A DNA stretch of 37,777 bases from positions 1 to 37,777 of the forward strand of contig RBNJ01000179.1 of the NCBI GenBank assembly GCA_003990765.1. The letters run 5' to 3'. The translations under genes were made by a program, and so were the position numbers. Source of the DNA: Jimgerdemannia flammicorona (lineage: Eukaryota). Of this stretch, positions 11,450 through 23,162 are shown piece after piece (the first letter of the stretch is position 1; every line of letters begins with the position of its first letter). Under the pieces are notes generated by a model. The model saw only the letters and a program-made list of their open reading frames with translations. It had not been told where the DNA came from and did no database searches.

Positions 11450-12520
11450 TATAGATTCATGGTACTTCTTGAGTCTATTCCTATATACCATGATAAGCAG
11501 TATGGTCTCTGAGATTTTTCTAAGTCAGAAGGTAGTTCTCTTGATATCTTGCATGTAGAAGGGTCCTTTCCATTTGGGCTCCAGTTTTCACAATCATGAG
11601 ACTTCTACCATATTTGATACAGTAGGACCTTTTCTCCAATTTGGATGGGTTCTAGGGTCTTGTGATTCTTTTCTGCATTTTTCCTTATCAGTACTTGTAA
11701 CTTGATGATGTAATCTTCAGCCTTCTTCCTGATTTGGTATAGTCTCTGGATTTCTGCATCAATCTGTCTTCAAGTTAGGTCTAGATTTGTAGCTGAGGTT
11801 CCATCAGAATCTTCTACTCTGAAGAGCAGTTCTCTTGGGGTAAAGTGTGTGCTCTGTAACTGTATGTCTCATAGGACAGAGAGGGCAGTTGGGAGGTAGT
11901 TATCCCAATTCTCATATGTCTCTGAGATCTTTGCCAGGATGTTCTTGAGGGTCTTATTGGTTCTCTCTGTCTGTCCATTTCATTGAGGGTGGTACACAAT
12001 AGTCTTGATGTGCTGAATCTTGTATTTCTGATACATATATTATCTCATAAAATCCATTGACAAATTCTGTACTGCAGTCTGTTGTGATTTGCTTTGGTGT
12101 CTTGTAGCAGCAGATGATTTCTTGGTGCAGGAAGTCGGCTATAGAGAGGGTATTGGCTTCTTGTAGTGCTCCTGCTTCTATCTATTTCATAAAGAGGTCT
12201 ATAATAATAATAATATAGCAGTTTCCTGATAGTGTTACTGGTAGTGGCTCAATGATATCCATTGTGATGTGGTGGAAGAAGATAGACTCAATTCTTGATG
12301 ACCTGAGTACCTGGTCTTGCTGATCTTATTTCTGTTTTTGGCACTTGTCATACTCTTTGACTAATTGGTGCAGGTCTTCTTTCATTTTGGGCCACTATAT
12401 AGTTCTTCTTGCCTTATTATATGTATTGATTCCTTCTAGGTATCCTTGCTTGTGTACTTCCTTCATTACTTGATACTTCTTGTATTAGGGTATTACTAGC
12501 TTTCCTCCTTTTCTGAGTAT
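11450..12520 (-). pseudogene. int: Element B integrase (HHCC remnant, DDE core, GPY/F-like tail)
   Basis: WPKMKED, MDIIEPLP, ITTDCSTEF, TLNEMDR.R (YHPQ.NG..ER) region, EPKWKGPF. Confidence 0.82.
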
Positions 12521-12671
12521 AGTGTTGTCTAGTTCAAACTGTTCCCAAGTCTGGTTGATGATGGTAATTGTCCAGGGTTTGAGGTGGTTGGGCATCTTCT
12601 GCTGCCCAAGGTAGCTGATTAATCCATAGTATAACTTCTTATTCATGTTGAATAGTCTTGATGGGGGTGTT

Positions 12672-13920
12672 TCAGGGTTTCCTTAAGAGTGCATCAGCAT
12701 TGGTATTGGTTCTTCCTAAGTGGTACTTAATAGTACAATCATACTCTTGCCACCTGTAGATCCATCTGGTATATATTCCTTTGGGGTTCAGAGTGTGGAA
12801 TAGCCAAGCAAGAGTGGAATGGTCTGTTTGAATAGTGAAGTATAGTAGTAGAACTTGTCTACTGTCCAAACTACTGCTAAGCATTTAAGCTTATATGACT
12901 TATAGTTTTGTTCTGCTCTATGAGTACCTTGGCTTGCATAGGAGATGACATATTCATATCCATCTTTCTTCTGAGCTAGGACTGCTCTAAGTTCTATAGT
13001 ACTTGCATCTGTCTGCAGGATGAATTCTAGGTTCCAATCTGGTCTTCTAAGAATAGGTGCTTGGGTCAATCTGGTCTTGAGTTCATTGAAGGTTTCTTGA
13101 TATTTCTTGATATATTCAAATTTGGTTTCCTTCTTCAGTAGCTCATAGATAGGTGCTGCAATATTGGAGTATCCTTTGATGAATCTTCTGTAGTAGCTGG
13201 TCAGTCTAAGGAAGACATGGACTTCTGTAGTTGTTCTGGGTCTCAGGTAGACTGCAACAGCCTCAATCTTATAGAGTCTGTATGGATTCTGGGCTGGTTG
13301 ATGAGGTATCCTAGGTAGGCAATTTCTTGAGCTGTAAACTTGTATTTCTTGGGCTTGATGTAGAGGCCATACTCCTTGAGCTTTATGAGGGCTAGCTGTA
13401 TGTGGTTGATATATTCCTGTGTAGTGTTGCTGAAGGTGATTATATCATCAATATAGATAAAGAGCTATTTTCCAATCTTGTTGCTGAAGACTCTGTTCAT
13501 TATTTGCTGAAAACTTGCTTGGGCATTACACATTCCAAATAGCATTTGCAGGTAAATATAGGTGGTATCAGGTGTGATAAAGACTGATTTCTCACTGGCA
13601 TCTTGAGTAAGACCAATCTGATGGAAGCTTGAGAATAGATCCAAGATGGTGTAGTATTTGGCTTTACTTCCAAGAGTGGTAAGGATTTCTTGAATATTAG
13701 GCAAGAGCTGCCTATCCTTCTTGGTGATGGCATTGAGCTTCCTGTAGTTAATGCAGAGACTTGGTGCAAACTCTTTAGGCTTGCTTCCTTTCTTTGGGGT
13801 GAGGATAATGGGTGAAGCCCAGGGACTGATAGTTTGCTTGATGATTCCAGCTTCTTCTATTTCCTTGAGTTCTGCTCACAGCCATTCTCTGTAGGCAGGT
13901 GGTATAGGTCTGGCTTTCTG
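12672..13920 (-). pseudogene. pol: Element B reverse transcriptase and RNase H
   Basis: SPWASP, LCINYRKLN, LDLFSSFHQI, MLFGMCNAQASFQ, YIDD (~13445-13456), FILQTDAS, TDHSTL, NADALLR. Confidence 0.92.
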
Positions 13921-14141
13921 GTTGATAGGCTTTATATCACTAGTATCAACTTCATGATAGTACTTGGGTTCTTGATTGTGGATATCCCTGAAGTCTATAG
14001 CAAGTACTTCATTCTGGTACAGGATCTTGAGAAGTTGTTCTTCCAGGAGAACATTTTCTCCAATGGTATATGTGTGCTTATTCTGGTCCCTATCTTTCTT
14101 GTACTCAAGTTCAGTAATCTTGGTGGTGGCATAGACTCCTC

Positions 14142-14522
14142 TTCCAGTAGATCCAAAGTCTTGTTCTCCTCTCTTAGTCTTGATGAGTTCAATGGCTTCA
14201 GTGATCTTGGGCTTCTTGATTTTGTAGATCAGCATCTGGCCAATCCTGTTATGCTTCTTGACTTCAAATGGAATAGTGGGATTGTGATTCCTGACTATAA
14301 GGAAGATCTTACCAGTGTAATCAGGGTCAATTAGTCCTCCTTCAACTGAGATTTCACTTTTGGCCAGACTGCTCCTAGTCTTGATAATTCTGACATGGTT
14401 CTCTGGCAGCTTGACTCCAATTCCAGTGCCAAGTAGGGTGGTGGTCTGTAGTTCAAGGGTAGCATCTTAAATGCTGACAAGGTCCATTCCTATGGCTCCT
14501 CCAGTCTTGTATTCTGGGATCT
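14142..14522 (-). pseudogene. dut: dUTPase domain in element B pol
   Basis: AIGMDL, TRSSLA, GLIDPDYTG, RIGQM, RGEQDFGSTG: all five trimeric dUTPase motifs. Confidence 0.92.
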
Positions 14523-14879
14523 TGGCTTCAGGATGAAACTTCTTAACCTTGAGGTGATGTCTGATTCTTGTTCCTCCTCATTATCACTGTTAGCTTGAAG
14601 TTGTCAGCTTCTTCAGCTTTCCTTTTTGCTTCAGTGACTTCTTGCTCATGTTTCTGTTGGCAGATTTTCCTGACTTCGCTGATACAGGACCAGCAGTTAT
14701 TCAGGTGTTCAGAGCAGTATATCCTAGTACCATATGGGTATCTTCCTTGAGGAGCATTGCTATTAATGATCTTGTTGTACCACTGCTCATCTGTGAGCTT
14801 GGGTGTCTTGTTCTTATTCTTGTTCACTGAGTGCATGAAGACTTCTGTGTCCTCTTCATCTCCTTCCTCCATGTCTAGT

Positions 14880-15260
14880 AGAACTCCTTTGTAAATATTG
14901 ATAGAGACTCATACCTTTCTTCCTCTATAGTTGATCTATATTTTCTGAGCATTGAGATCAATGATGGCCTTGGCCTTGTAAAGCCATTAGTTGTCAATGA
15001 GGATATCATAGTTGGTGGTACTTGTAACAATTACATCTACTGGAATGGTAGCTCCTCCTATCTTGATGGAGACTTCTCAGATTTTGTCAAGGGGGGTAGC
15101 TTGTATACCATCTGCTGTAACATAGACCATCTTGGTGGACTCTTCAATGTCCCAGCCTAGATGATCAATTGTCTTCTTGCTCATGAGGTATCCTCTAGCA
15201 CTAGTATCAATGATGGCATCAAAGATACAATCTTTGATCTGACATGGGGTATAGGCTGAT
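14880..15260 (-). pseudogene. Element B aspartic protease
   Basis: AIIDTSA (DTG-like) and DILIDN (ILG-like). Confidence 0.78.
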
Positions 15261-15376
15261 GTCTTGTACTGGTCTTTGGATTCTTTACCTGAGTCTTCTG
15301 ATTCTTCCTGTATATTGTAAGCTTCTACAATCTTGTACTCTTGATTCTTGGCAGTAGTTGCAAGTCCTACTCTCAA

Positions 15377-16620
15377 CTACTGTCTTAAGGCAGAGACTTT
15401 GGTTAGCTGTCCAAAAGTAGCATTGACCTTCTTTACCTTAAGGTCATTGTAGATATCATAGTGATAGATCTTGGTCTTATGCAGCTTCTGTTCCTTCTTG
15501 CTTTTGCTTTCTCCTGAGACTGGAGTAGTGCCTTCGATGATTTGGTGGGCAGCTTTATCTAACTCCATGTCTTGATCAATCTCCTTGGTTTGGGTCTTGC
15601 TTTTGATAGTGACATCTGGGGTATTCTTTGGTCTTCTAACTGGCTTGCTGTTGCTCTTCTTGTCATAGGGCTTGGACTGGGTTCTGGTTTCTTTAGTAGC
15701 AGGGTAGAATTCAAGCTCCTTATAGTATTCATCATCATCAGTATCACCAATCTCCTCAATGACTACTGCATTGGTTTGTTCTCTGGTTCTGCTAGCATTA
15801 CTTGGTTGGGCTTTGTATCTTGTTTCAGTTATGTAGTTATTTGCAAAGTGGCCTTCTTCTCCACATCTGAAGTATGTGATATTGCATTCTTCTATAGCAG
15901 TGCACTGGTCTCCTGTTGGCACTTTGGACTTCTCTAACAATATCACTAAGGTGTTCAGTCATCTCAGCAAACTGCTTGGCAAGTTTCTCCACTGGGTCAG
16001 CTTAGGCTACTTTAGGGGTAGGTGGGGTTGGTTGTCTGTTTACAACTGTAGTGGGTATGATACTAGTTGGCTTTGATAGTTCCATCTTGATACCAGTTAT
16101 TTTCTCTATTGAGTGTTCAGCAGGGTGTCTGGTAGTCTAATATCTCTGTACAAAGACCACTTTCTGATCAAGGGTCAGTGTAGCTGAGGTAGACTGGATT
16201 GCTAGGGCAATTTCAGGGTGAACTCCTTTGAGGAAGGTTGAATCTGCTATTTGTTCCTTGAGGGTATCATTATAGTCAGCCAAGATAATCTGGTGGTAGA
16301 TTCAGGTATAGAATGAGTTGGGATCTTCACTGAGTCCCTGGCAGATAGTATTGAGTTGATCCTTGAGAGCTTCCTTGATCTCTTCAGTATAGTATGTTGT
16401 TCTGAGGAAGGTCTTCATGTTGGCAAGTTTGGCTACACCATTATCAGCAATAGTGACTACATTGAACTTGTCCCTGATAGGTCCTCTGAGGCTGACTGAT
16501 AGAAGGGCCAATTGTGTATCCACACCAAGAGCTCATATGGCAGTGAATTGTTCAAAGTCTTCAATAAAGGTCAGGATTGACTCTTCAGTAGTATATCTAT
16601 AGAATGTAGAGGGAGGCATT
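15377..16620 (-). pseudogene. gag: Element B Gag with CCHC knuckle
   Basis: (C>Y)FRCGEEGHFANN(C>Y); QGLSEDPNSFY capsid homology; in frame with PR through one TAG. Confidence 0.82.
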
Positions 16621-16721
16621 TCTATCTTATCTTGAATTCTTATAGGAGTGACTCTTGTAGTCAGAGTAGTTGTGGTGATTGTTTGTTTTTTAGCTTGAAA
16701 GTGAGGGATTCATCTTGAATC

Positions 16722-16739
16722 ACCAGCCAATGGACACCA
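16722..16739 (-). promoter_or_regulatory. Primer-binding site of element B (tRNA not identified)
   Basis: TGGTGTCCATTGGCTGGT begins 3 nt after the LTR end. Confidence 0.65.
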
Positions 16740-16742
16740 AGT

Positions 16743-18262
16743 TGTCACATAGTGGTCGCTGAGTCCTTCAAATATGCCAGATTCTCTTCAAGGTGTATCT
16801 CTTAGACTAACTTGAGTTTGTTATAAGTAAGTTCTTATTGGAGTACCTTCCCAAGGTCTTATAGTTCTCAAACTTCATATCTTTAAACTGTCTTGTTATC
16901 TTTTTAGATTGCTTGCAAGGAAGTGTGTATATTATACTGAGTAGACTGACTTTATTTCAGAGGAAATAAGAGGGGTATTTATACAAAATATAAATTCAAT
17001 GATTGCTAAGATATAAAGCTAAATATAAATTTCAACAACTAAAATAAAATACCAGGACAGGAAAAACTGCTAAGTTCCAGGGTTGGCACTGATGGTTTTA
17101 TACAGATTCAGGATGCTGGTATAATTTTGGTGATACAGGAAAATGGTGCTGGAATAATTCCATATCACCATAGGACTTTAGAGCAGAATGTTCAAGACTA
17201 TAGTGGCTTCATCCTTATCAGAAGTCAGGATGTCTTTGAAGGAGATGAGGTCCACAAATTTGTCATTATCACATAGGTTGCATGTTTCATATATATTGCA
17301 TATCTTGTGTATGTCACACAGGATGACATAATTGCTGATGATGTCATCACATTCAGTAGTGGTGGAAACAAGGAGGTCTGGGGCTCTCCAGTCTATGAGG
17401 TTCTCTTCCACAAAATAGGGGACAAATGTGGGATCTTGGGGAGGTCTAACCTGGATGCCTAGGCCTTGGAATACTGAGATCAATCCTTGTAAGAATTGGT
17501 CTGGGTTGTCCTGAAGGATGTAATATCAGAAGTCTTCTACTTTATCACTGTTGAGGGTGATAGTGGACTGGGCTTCTGTAGCCATCCTGGCTTCTATTAC
17601 ATTGATATGGTAGGCTGACAGGTCTCTGAAATCTGAGACTCTAACATACTCCAAGTTGGGGATCAACCATGATACATGCCTGAAGATCTGATAGATCTTC
17701 TTTGCTGTCCTTGTTTCGCATATATCCACAGGAGTGGCATTTTGTAGCTCTTGCGTACTGGTCTGTGGAAACTCCCAGTAGAGGAAGTTTTTTATTTCAT
17801 ACTCCTGCCATATTTAGAGGTATTCAGTAGTAATAGTAATCCTTTTTTCCATTTCATAGTATTAGAGGATATAATGAAAAGGGTCACCAGTACCCAGATT
17901 GACACTAGGAGTCCTTCTTGAGTGAGTTCTCATGGCTCTTCTGATGTCTTAGAACATCCTTTCTTCAACTGAGGTGCCTTAGTGATTCCTTAACCTTGAG
18001 ATTTGGCAAGCAGCAGGTATTTTATTTGTGGTAAGTCTTTGAGCTATTTTGGAATTGGTGGGTCTTATTGGTTACTGCTACTGTAGTTCCTTGATCCTTC
18101 TTTTATATTTCTCAAGATATCCATACTATGGTCACAATGACTCACAGTTAGTCATCATTGCTCATCTTGTATACCATATGATCTTCTTGTACTCTGATCT
18201 GGTGACTTGCAAGGAAAGGCTATCTCCTATGCTGATGTCATCATTCTGGGGTCACCATTACA
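16743..18262 (-). repeat. 5' LTR of element B (1520 bp)
   Basis: tgtcaca...ttaca; direct repeat of the left LTR. Confidence 0.94.
17178..17933 (-). pseudogene. LTR-encoded accessory ORF of element B (5' LTR copy)
   Basis: Track ORFs 17178..17483 and 17526..17729 share a frame that extends to ATG 17933 (possibly 18158). Confidence 0.72.
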
Positions 18263-21200
18263 ATATACTATCTAGTAGTAGTAGATTAGTGAGCCATAGA
18301 CTGAGTTTATCATTCTCTGGAAGGTTGGGAGTATATTGTAGATTCAAAACAATATCCAGAGATATTCAAATATTTTTTCTAGGAAAAAAAAAACCGTTTT
18401 CTGAATGTTCTTAAGATCTTGTAAAATCCGGTAAAGAGATCTATACTGCAGAAGTATCTGATATCTTATAATTGATCTAGGAGATCATTGATTCTAGGCA
18501 AGGAGTAGGTATCATTTCCTGTAACTGAATTGAGCTTTCTGTAATCTACACAGAGTCTCTATCTTTCTTTCTTAGATATAATGAGTATAGAGCTGGTCAG
18601 AGGCTAGTAGAGAGTCAAATAACTCTATTATCTGAGAGTTTTGGATTGTATTCTTTTTTAAATATCTTTAGATAATAGGGTATTCTATAAGGCTTTGTCA
18701 GATGGGTGTAGTGTTTTCTGTATTTATACTATAATAGTATAATAGATTATATAGTAGGTTGTTATAGTCTATAGTAAAGATATCCTGGTATTTTTGAAGG
18801 AGTTTTACTAGTTATTATTACTACTGAGATATCAGTTCTTCTCTAATATTAGTAGAAGGCTTTAATTTCCCCTGGATTACAGAAAGGCCTTTCTTTTCTT
18901 CTGAGATCTTCTGCTATTTCTCAATATATTTAGTTTATAAACTTCCCTATCTATTCAATTAAGATAGAGCATCAGATAGTTTATAATAGTTTCTTTCAAT
19001 TGAATGAGGCTTTCCCAGCTTTAGTTAATTGCTCAAGAGTATATAGAGTTTATCTTATTAGAAGATATATATTCTTCTATATCAAGATTCTTGATATACT
19101 TATTAAGTTTAAAGTAGAAATTTCAGAAATCAAGTTGTGTAAAGATTTCAAAGATGGTCTGCTCTCCTAGTTTTAAAATGAGATTCTTGTATAGCTTAAC
19201 TAGTTGGCAGTATATTTATAAGCATTCTTTTTGAAGTAGTAACCTAGAGGAGATGTATTTCTTTTTTATCTATGCTTCTAAATTCTATAGTTTATCTTAT
19301 ATCTTAAGTCAGTTTAAGGATCTCTTATAGTTGAGGAGTCTTAACCATTATGAAGATTACTTATATAATTTTTTGTCTTTTATAGATTTAATTCTACTCT
19401 ATTCTACTATTGTTAAAGATAACCTTGATTTTGTCTATATATCCAGAGTCTATTATTTCTCCTTTTTAGTTATTCCTTATCTAGTAAGTCCAGATCTTGA
19501 GGTCAATTAGATATAAGTTCTCTTGGATTGCTATATAGCTTATTCTATACTAAGCACTATTATTCTTCCAAGCTTATATAAGACTATAAAGATTATATCT
19601 CATATCTTTCTAATGAGCTTTTGTTAGATGTTTAGTTTTGAAATTTAACAAGATATACTGGACAATATCCTTACTGAGTTTAGATTATTCTTAGACTGAG
19701 ATTTCAGTATATATGTATGAGCTCTCAGGCTCTAAAATTGAGGTGTAGCTATCTGGCTCCAGAGAGAGATCTCAGAGATAATTGATTTCTCTTTTTTCCA
19801 TAGGATCTAGGGCTTCTATAAAGTTGATGATATCTTTTACCCATCTTTAATAGATTATATATCTGATAAGAGCCAGAATGTCATCTTCTAGATTATAGAT
19901 CTTGAAAGCCTCCTTTGTTAGTTTCTTGGCATAGCTTCTTCAGATAAGCTCTGTTATCTCCTTTCTTTAGTATATATAGTAATATCTTAACTAAGGTAAA
20001 TCTTCTAATGTAGATAGTTTCCAGAGTTTGAGTGTTTTTCATAATTACAATATTCTATTATTGAAAAATACAGTTCTTAGTTTTTAACTTCTTACTGTCT
20101 TTAAAATTAGTATTCATTCTTATTATAAGTTGAAGAAAGGGTAGCTAGGGGCCATACTTCTTTTTGAGTGAAGTGGTCCTATCTATTGACTTGTCTTTTC
20201 AACATAATAGTAATTTCTTAGTAGATAGTTATCTGTACAATTGTGATTAGAGATCCTGGTCTGCAGTATCTCTATCTTTCTTATTAGTTCAATAAGTATC
20301 ATTAATAGCAGTAGTCTTGGGGAGAGTGGAAGACCATTTGATGCTAATATCTTTCTAGCCAAAAGGGCCTTTTTTGATATATTTCTTATCTTTAATCAAT
20401 GGCAACTATTCTTAGTCCTTCTTCAGTATTCCATAGGTTATTATCTTTCAGCAGTATCTAGTGAAAGTTATCTCAGAAGATGGGTTTAGAAGTTCCTTCT
20501 GTTTAAGAACTTCTAGTTCAAGGATTTCTTTATCAGATAATTCTTAATCTCAGATTGCTTATACTTTTATAACTTCAGTTGTAGATATCTTCAGAGAGTA
20601 GTTATATTTCTTCTTTTCTTTTCTATACTATGAGCAGACTATATTAGTTAAATTTTTTATTCCAATAATCTTAGAGGAATGTTCAGGACACTTGTATCTT
20701 TTGAGACAGATAGAGTATGTTTTAGCTTATCCTGCAATGGCTCTGATAATAATAGAGATAGTATCTTTGACCCATATATTATCTTCTGGCCTATCACATA
20801 CTAGATTGATTTATAAATTGAGTCTGGGGTCATTTTCATATTCAGATTCTTCTTTTTTTCTATAGTAGATTCTTTACTACTGATATACTCTTTCTAGATA
20901 GTGACCTTCTTCTTCTTTGATTGCTTATAGCTAATTATCTTAATTCTGTACTTCTTTTCTCTATTATCAAATTTGAGTACCTATTGGTTGATATCAATAA
21001 CTGTATTCATTTTCTTCATCTAGTTGGTACTAAGAATTATATCATAAATAACAGCTTCAATGACAATAGCTTTTATAATAGAGAACTTAATATGTTTAAA
21101 AGAGATAGTGATGTTTTATACTTCTCCATGAGGTTGAGTTTATGCTCTATCTGCTACTATGATACTGAGGTTAGATAGTCTATCAATATATCTCTAAAGA

Positions 21201-22042
21201 GTATCTAGGAATTTTTTGGCAATAATATGGATAGCTGCTTCTATATTAATGAGGATTTTTGCCTTCTGTCTCCTAATATCTCTATACAGATATGTAATTA
21301 CATATCTCTCTATAGCTTAGATGTTAGTTAGTATTAGTTCTTATTATGGGATTAGAACTCAGCCAGTGCTAGATCTGATAGTTCTCAATAGTTTGTTTCA
21401 AACTCTGACAGATATCAGTAGTAGGAATTGCAGAAGAGAGACTTCTATCTCAACTTCTTAAATATTTTACCAGACTTTATTGTAGATATCTCTGAGTATA
21501 GTTTTTGGAATATACTTTTTCTTAAGCTTTGAAACTATAGGCTCTTATTCTTCTTACTCTATTTATTTATCTTCTGATAGTAGTTTATTTGTTTCAGAGA
21601 TAAAAGGTGAGAGAGATTAGAGAGGTATTGCAACTTGCTCTTTTTTGTCTTCTTTATCTTCTTCTTAGATAATTCTTCTACTAGTCTTTCTGGATGGTCT
21701 TCCAATTAATATCTTTCTTTTTTCAACTAGGTAGACTGTTTTTCTAGTAATGACCTTGATTTGATACATATAAGTCTAAGATACTGTAGTCTTTACCATT
21801 ACTTTTTTCAAAGTCTTCAATAGGATGAGCTTTAGTCTTCTTATACTGGATTGCCTTTTGATTTAGTAGTTCTGAGTTTCTTCAATTACTTCTTCTGTAA
21901 TTATATTTGGTAAGTTAGTATCCAAACTATCTACAGTAGAAGCATTGGACTTAAGCTCTATCTCAGACTAAGTATCTTCCTTTTTCTTATACTGATAGCT
22001 CTTATTATCTCTGAATAGATAGTCCTAGTTTTATCATAGTAT
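18263..22042 (-). pseudogene. pol: A2 gag-pol remnant: knuckle, PR, insert, dUTPase, RT N-terminus
   Basis: Aligns to A3 31278-35080; knuckle remnant CFYCR.FGY at ~21915-21946; dUTPase remnant ~19265-19660. Confidence 0.8.
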
Positions 22043-23162
22043 TGTAATGTGCCTGCTCAATGAAGACAAATTACAAGGATGGGGGTTGGTGTAGTTCGGC
22101 TTGAGCCCATAGTTATTTTATCAAAAAGCAACAAAATGTTCTAAGATTCCTGAGGTCCTTGGTGTTTAGTAGTATAATAGTCAAAGCTGGATATCTATGA
22201 GTAATTTGTATGTCAATTTTCTAATTGGGATGGTTCTCTAAGTATAGCAGCAGTTTGTGTGTGAATGGGTTTCCCTCTTAGGTCAACTGGGAATTGGTAG
22301 AATTTCATATTTAAATTCCTATCTTACTACTCCAAACCCAATCCTCCCATCCCTTCATGAATAATAAATTGGATGAATATATGTTTATATATTGGGCAAA
22401 TGCATGCATGAGGAAAGTTCTGTCTCAAATGCATTATATCAGTCAGTTCGAAGAACCCAATATAAAAAGGTATACAAGAGAGAGGTGGGAGTGAAAACCA
22501 TATGGTAGTGATTAAGTGAGATGGAAAGTGGTCAGGATGTTAGCAAACAATAATTACATAATTGCTAATTATAAATGCATATTGCCTAATCAAGTAATAA
22601 ACATCTTTAATATACTATCCCTTCAGGATCCTTTCATTAAATCTCCATCTTACTACTCTGAACCTAATCCTCCTATCCCTTTATGAATAATAAATTGGAT
22701 GAATATATATTTGTATATTGGGCAAATACATATATGAGGAAAGTTCTGTCTTGAATGTGTTGCATCAGTCAGTTCAAAGAACCCGGCTCAAAGAAATTAG
22801 ATGAGCTTACATCATGGTCATAGGGTCTACATAGAGCATAGTTATTAGGATCTGTATTATATTAATGCAATTTGTCCATGGTCTAAGGCCCTGCCCAAGT
22901 AAGGAGAGATAGCCTGCCCATGGTCTTCAAATACTATACTACCTGCAATCTTGAGACTCAGCATTAGAGCATATGTCCTATCTGGGTCTTTGTGATCTTA
23001 GGATTCTGCATCATAGGACATACCAAACCATGGTCATGGAAACTTCACTGCCTCACAATCTTGAGCCTCAGCACAAAAGTAGGTCCTATGTGGGTGCTCA
23101 TAGTGAAGAGTTCTACATAGATGGCTGATAAAGATTGGATATAATAGTGGTGATTTGTATGA

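Larger units (their letters stand above)
6641..18262 (-). mobile_element. Ty3/Gypsy LTR retrotransposon family B, full length
   Basis: Two LTRs (TGT...ACA), 4-bp TSD ATAT (6637-6640, 18263-18266), PBS, PPT, order Gag-PR-dUTPase-RT-RH-IN. Confidence 0.95.
3857..22042 (-). mobile_element. Family A copy A2, heavily degenerate; interrupted by element B at 6641-18262 and cut in gag by A3 at 22043
   Basis: Colinear with A3: partial 3' LTR ~3857-4604, IN/RH/RT 4800-6640, RT/dUTPase/PR/gag 18263-22042. Confidence 0.88.

Noticed and set aside
18049..18414. Hydrophobic plus-strand ORFs (also 10869..11132) as env or membrane proteins
   Set aside because: Antisense shadows of purine-rich minus-strand sequence; they cross the LTR boundary into unrelated DNA
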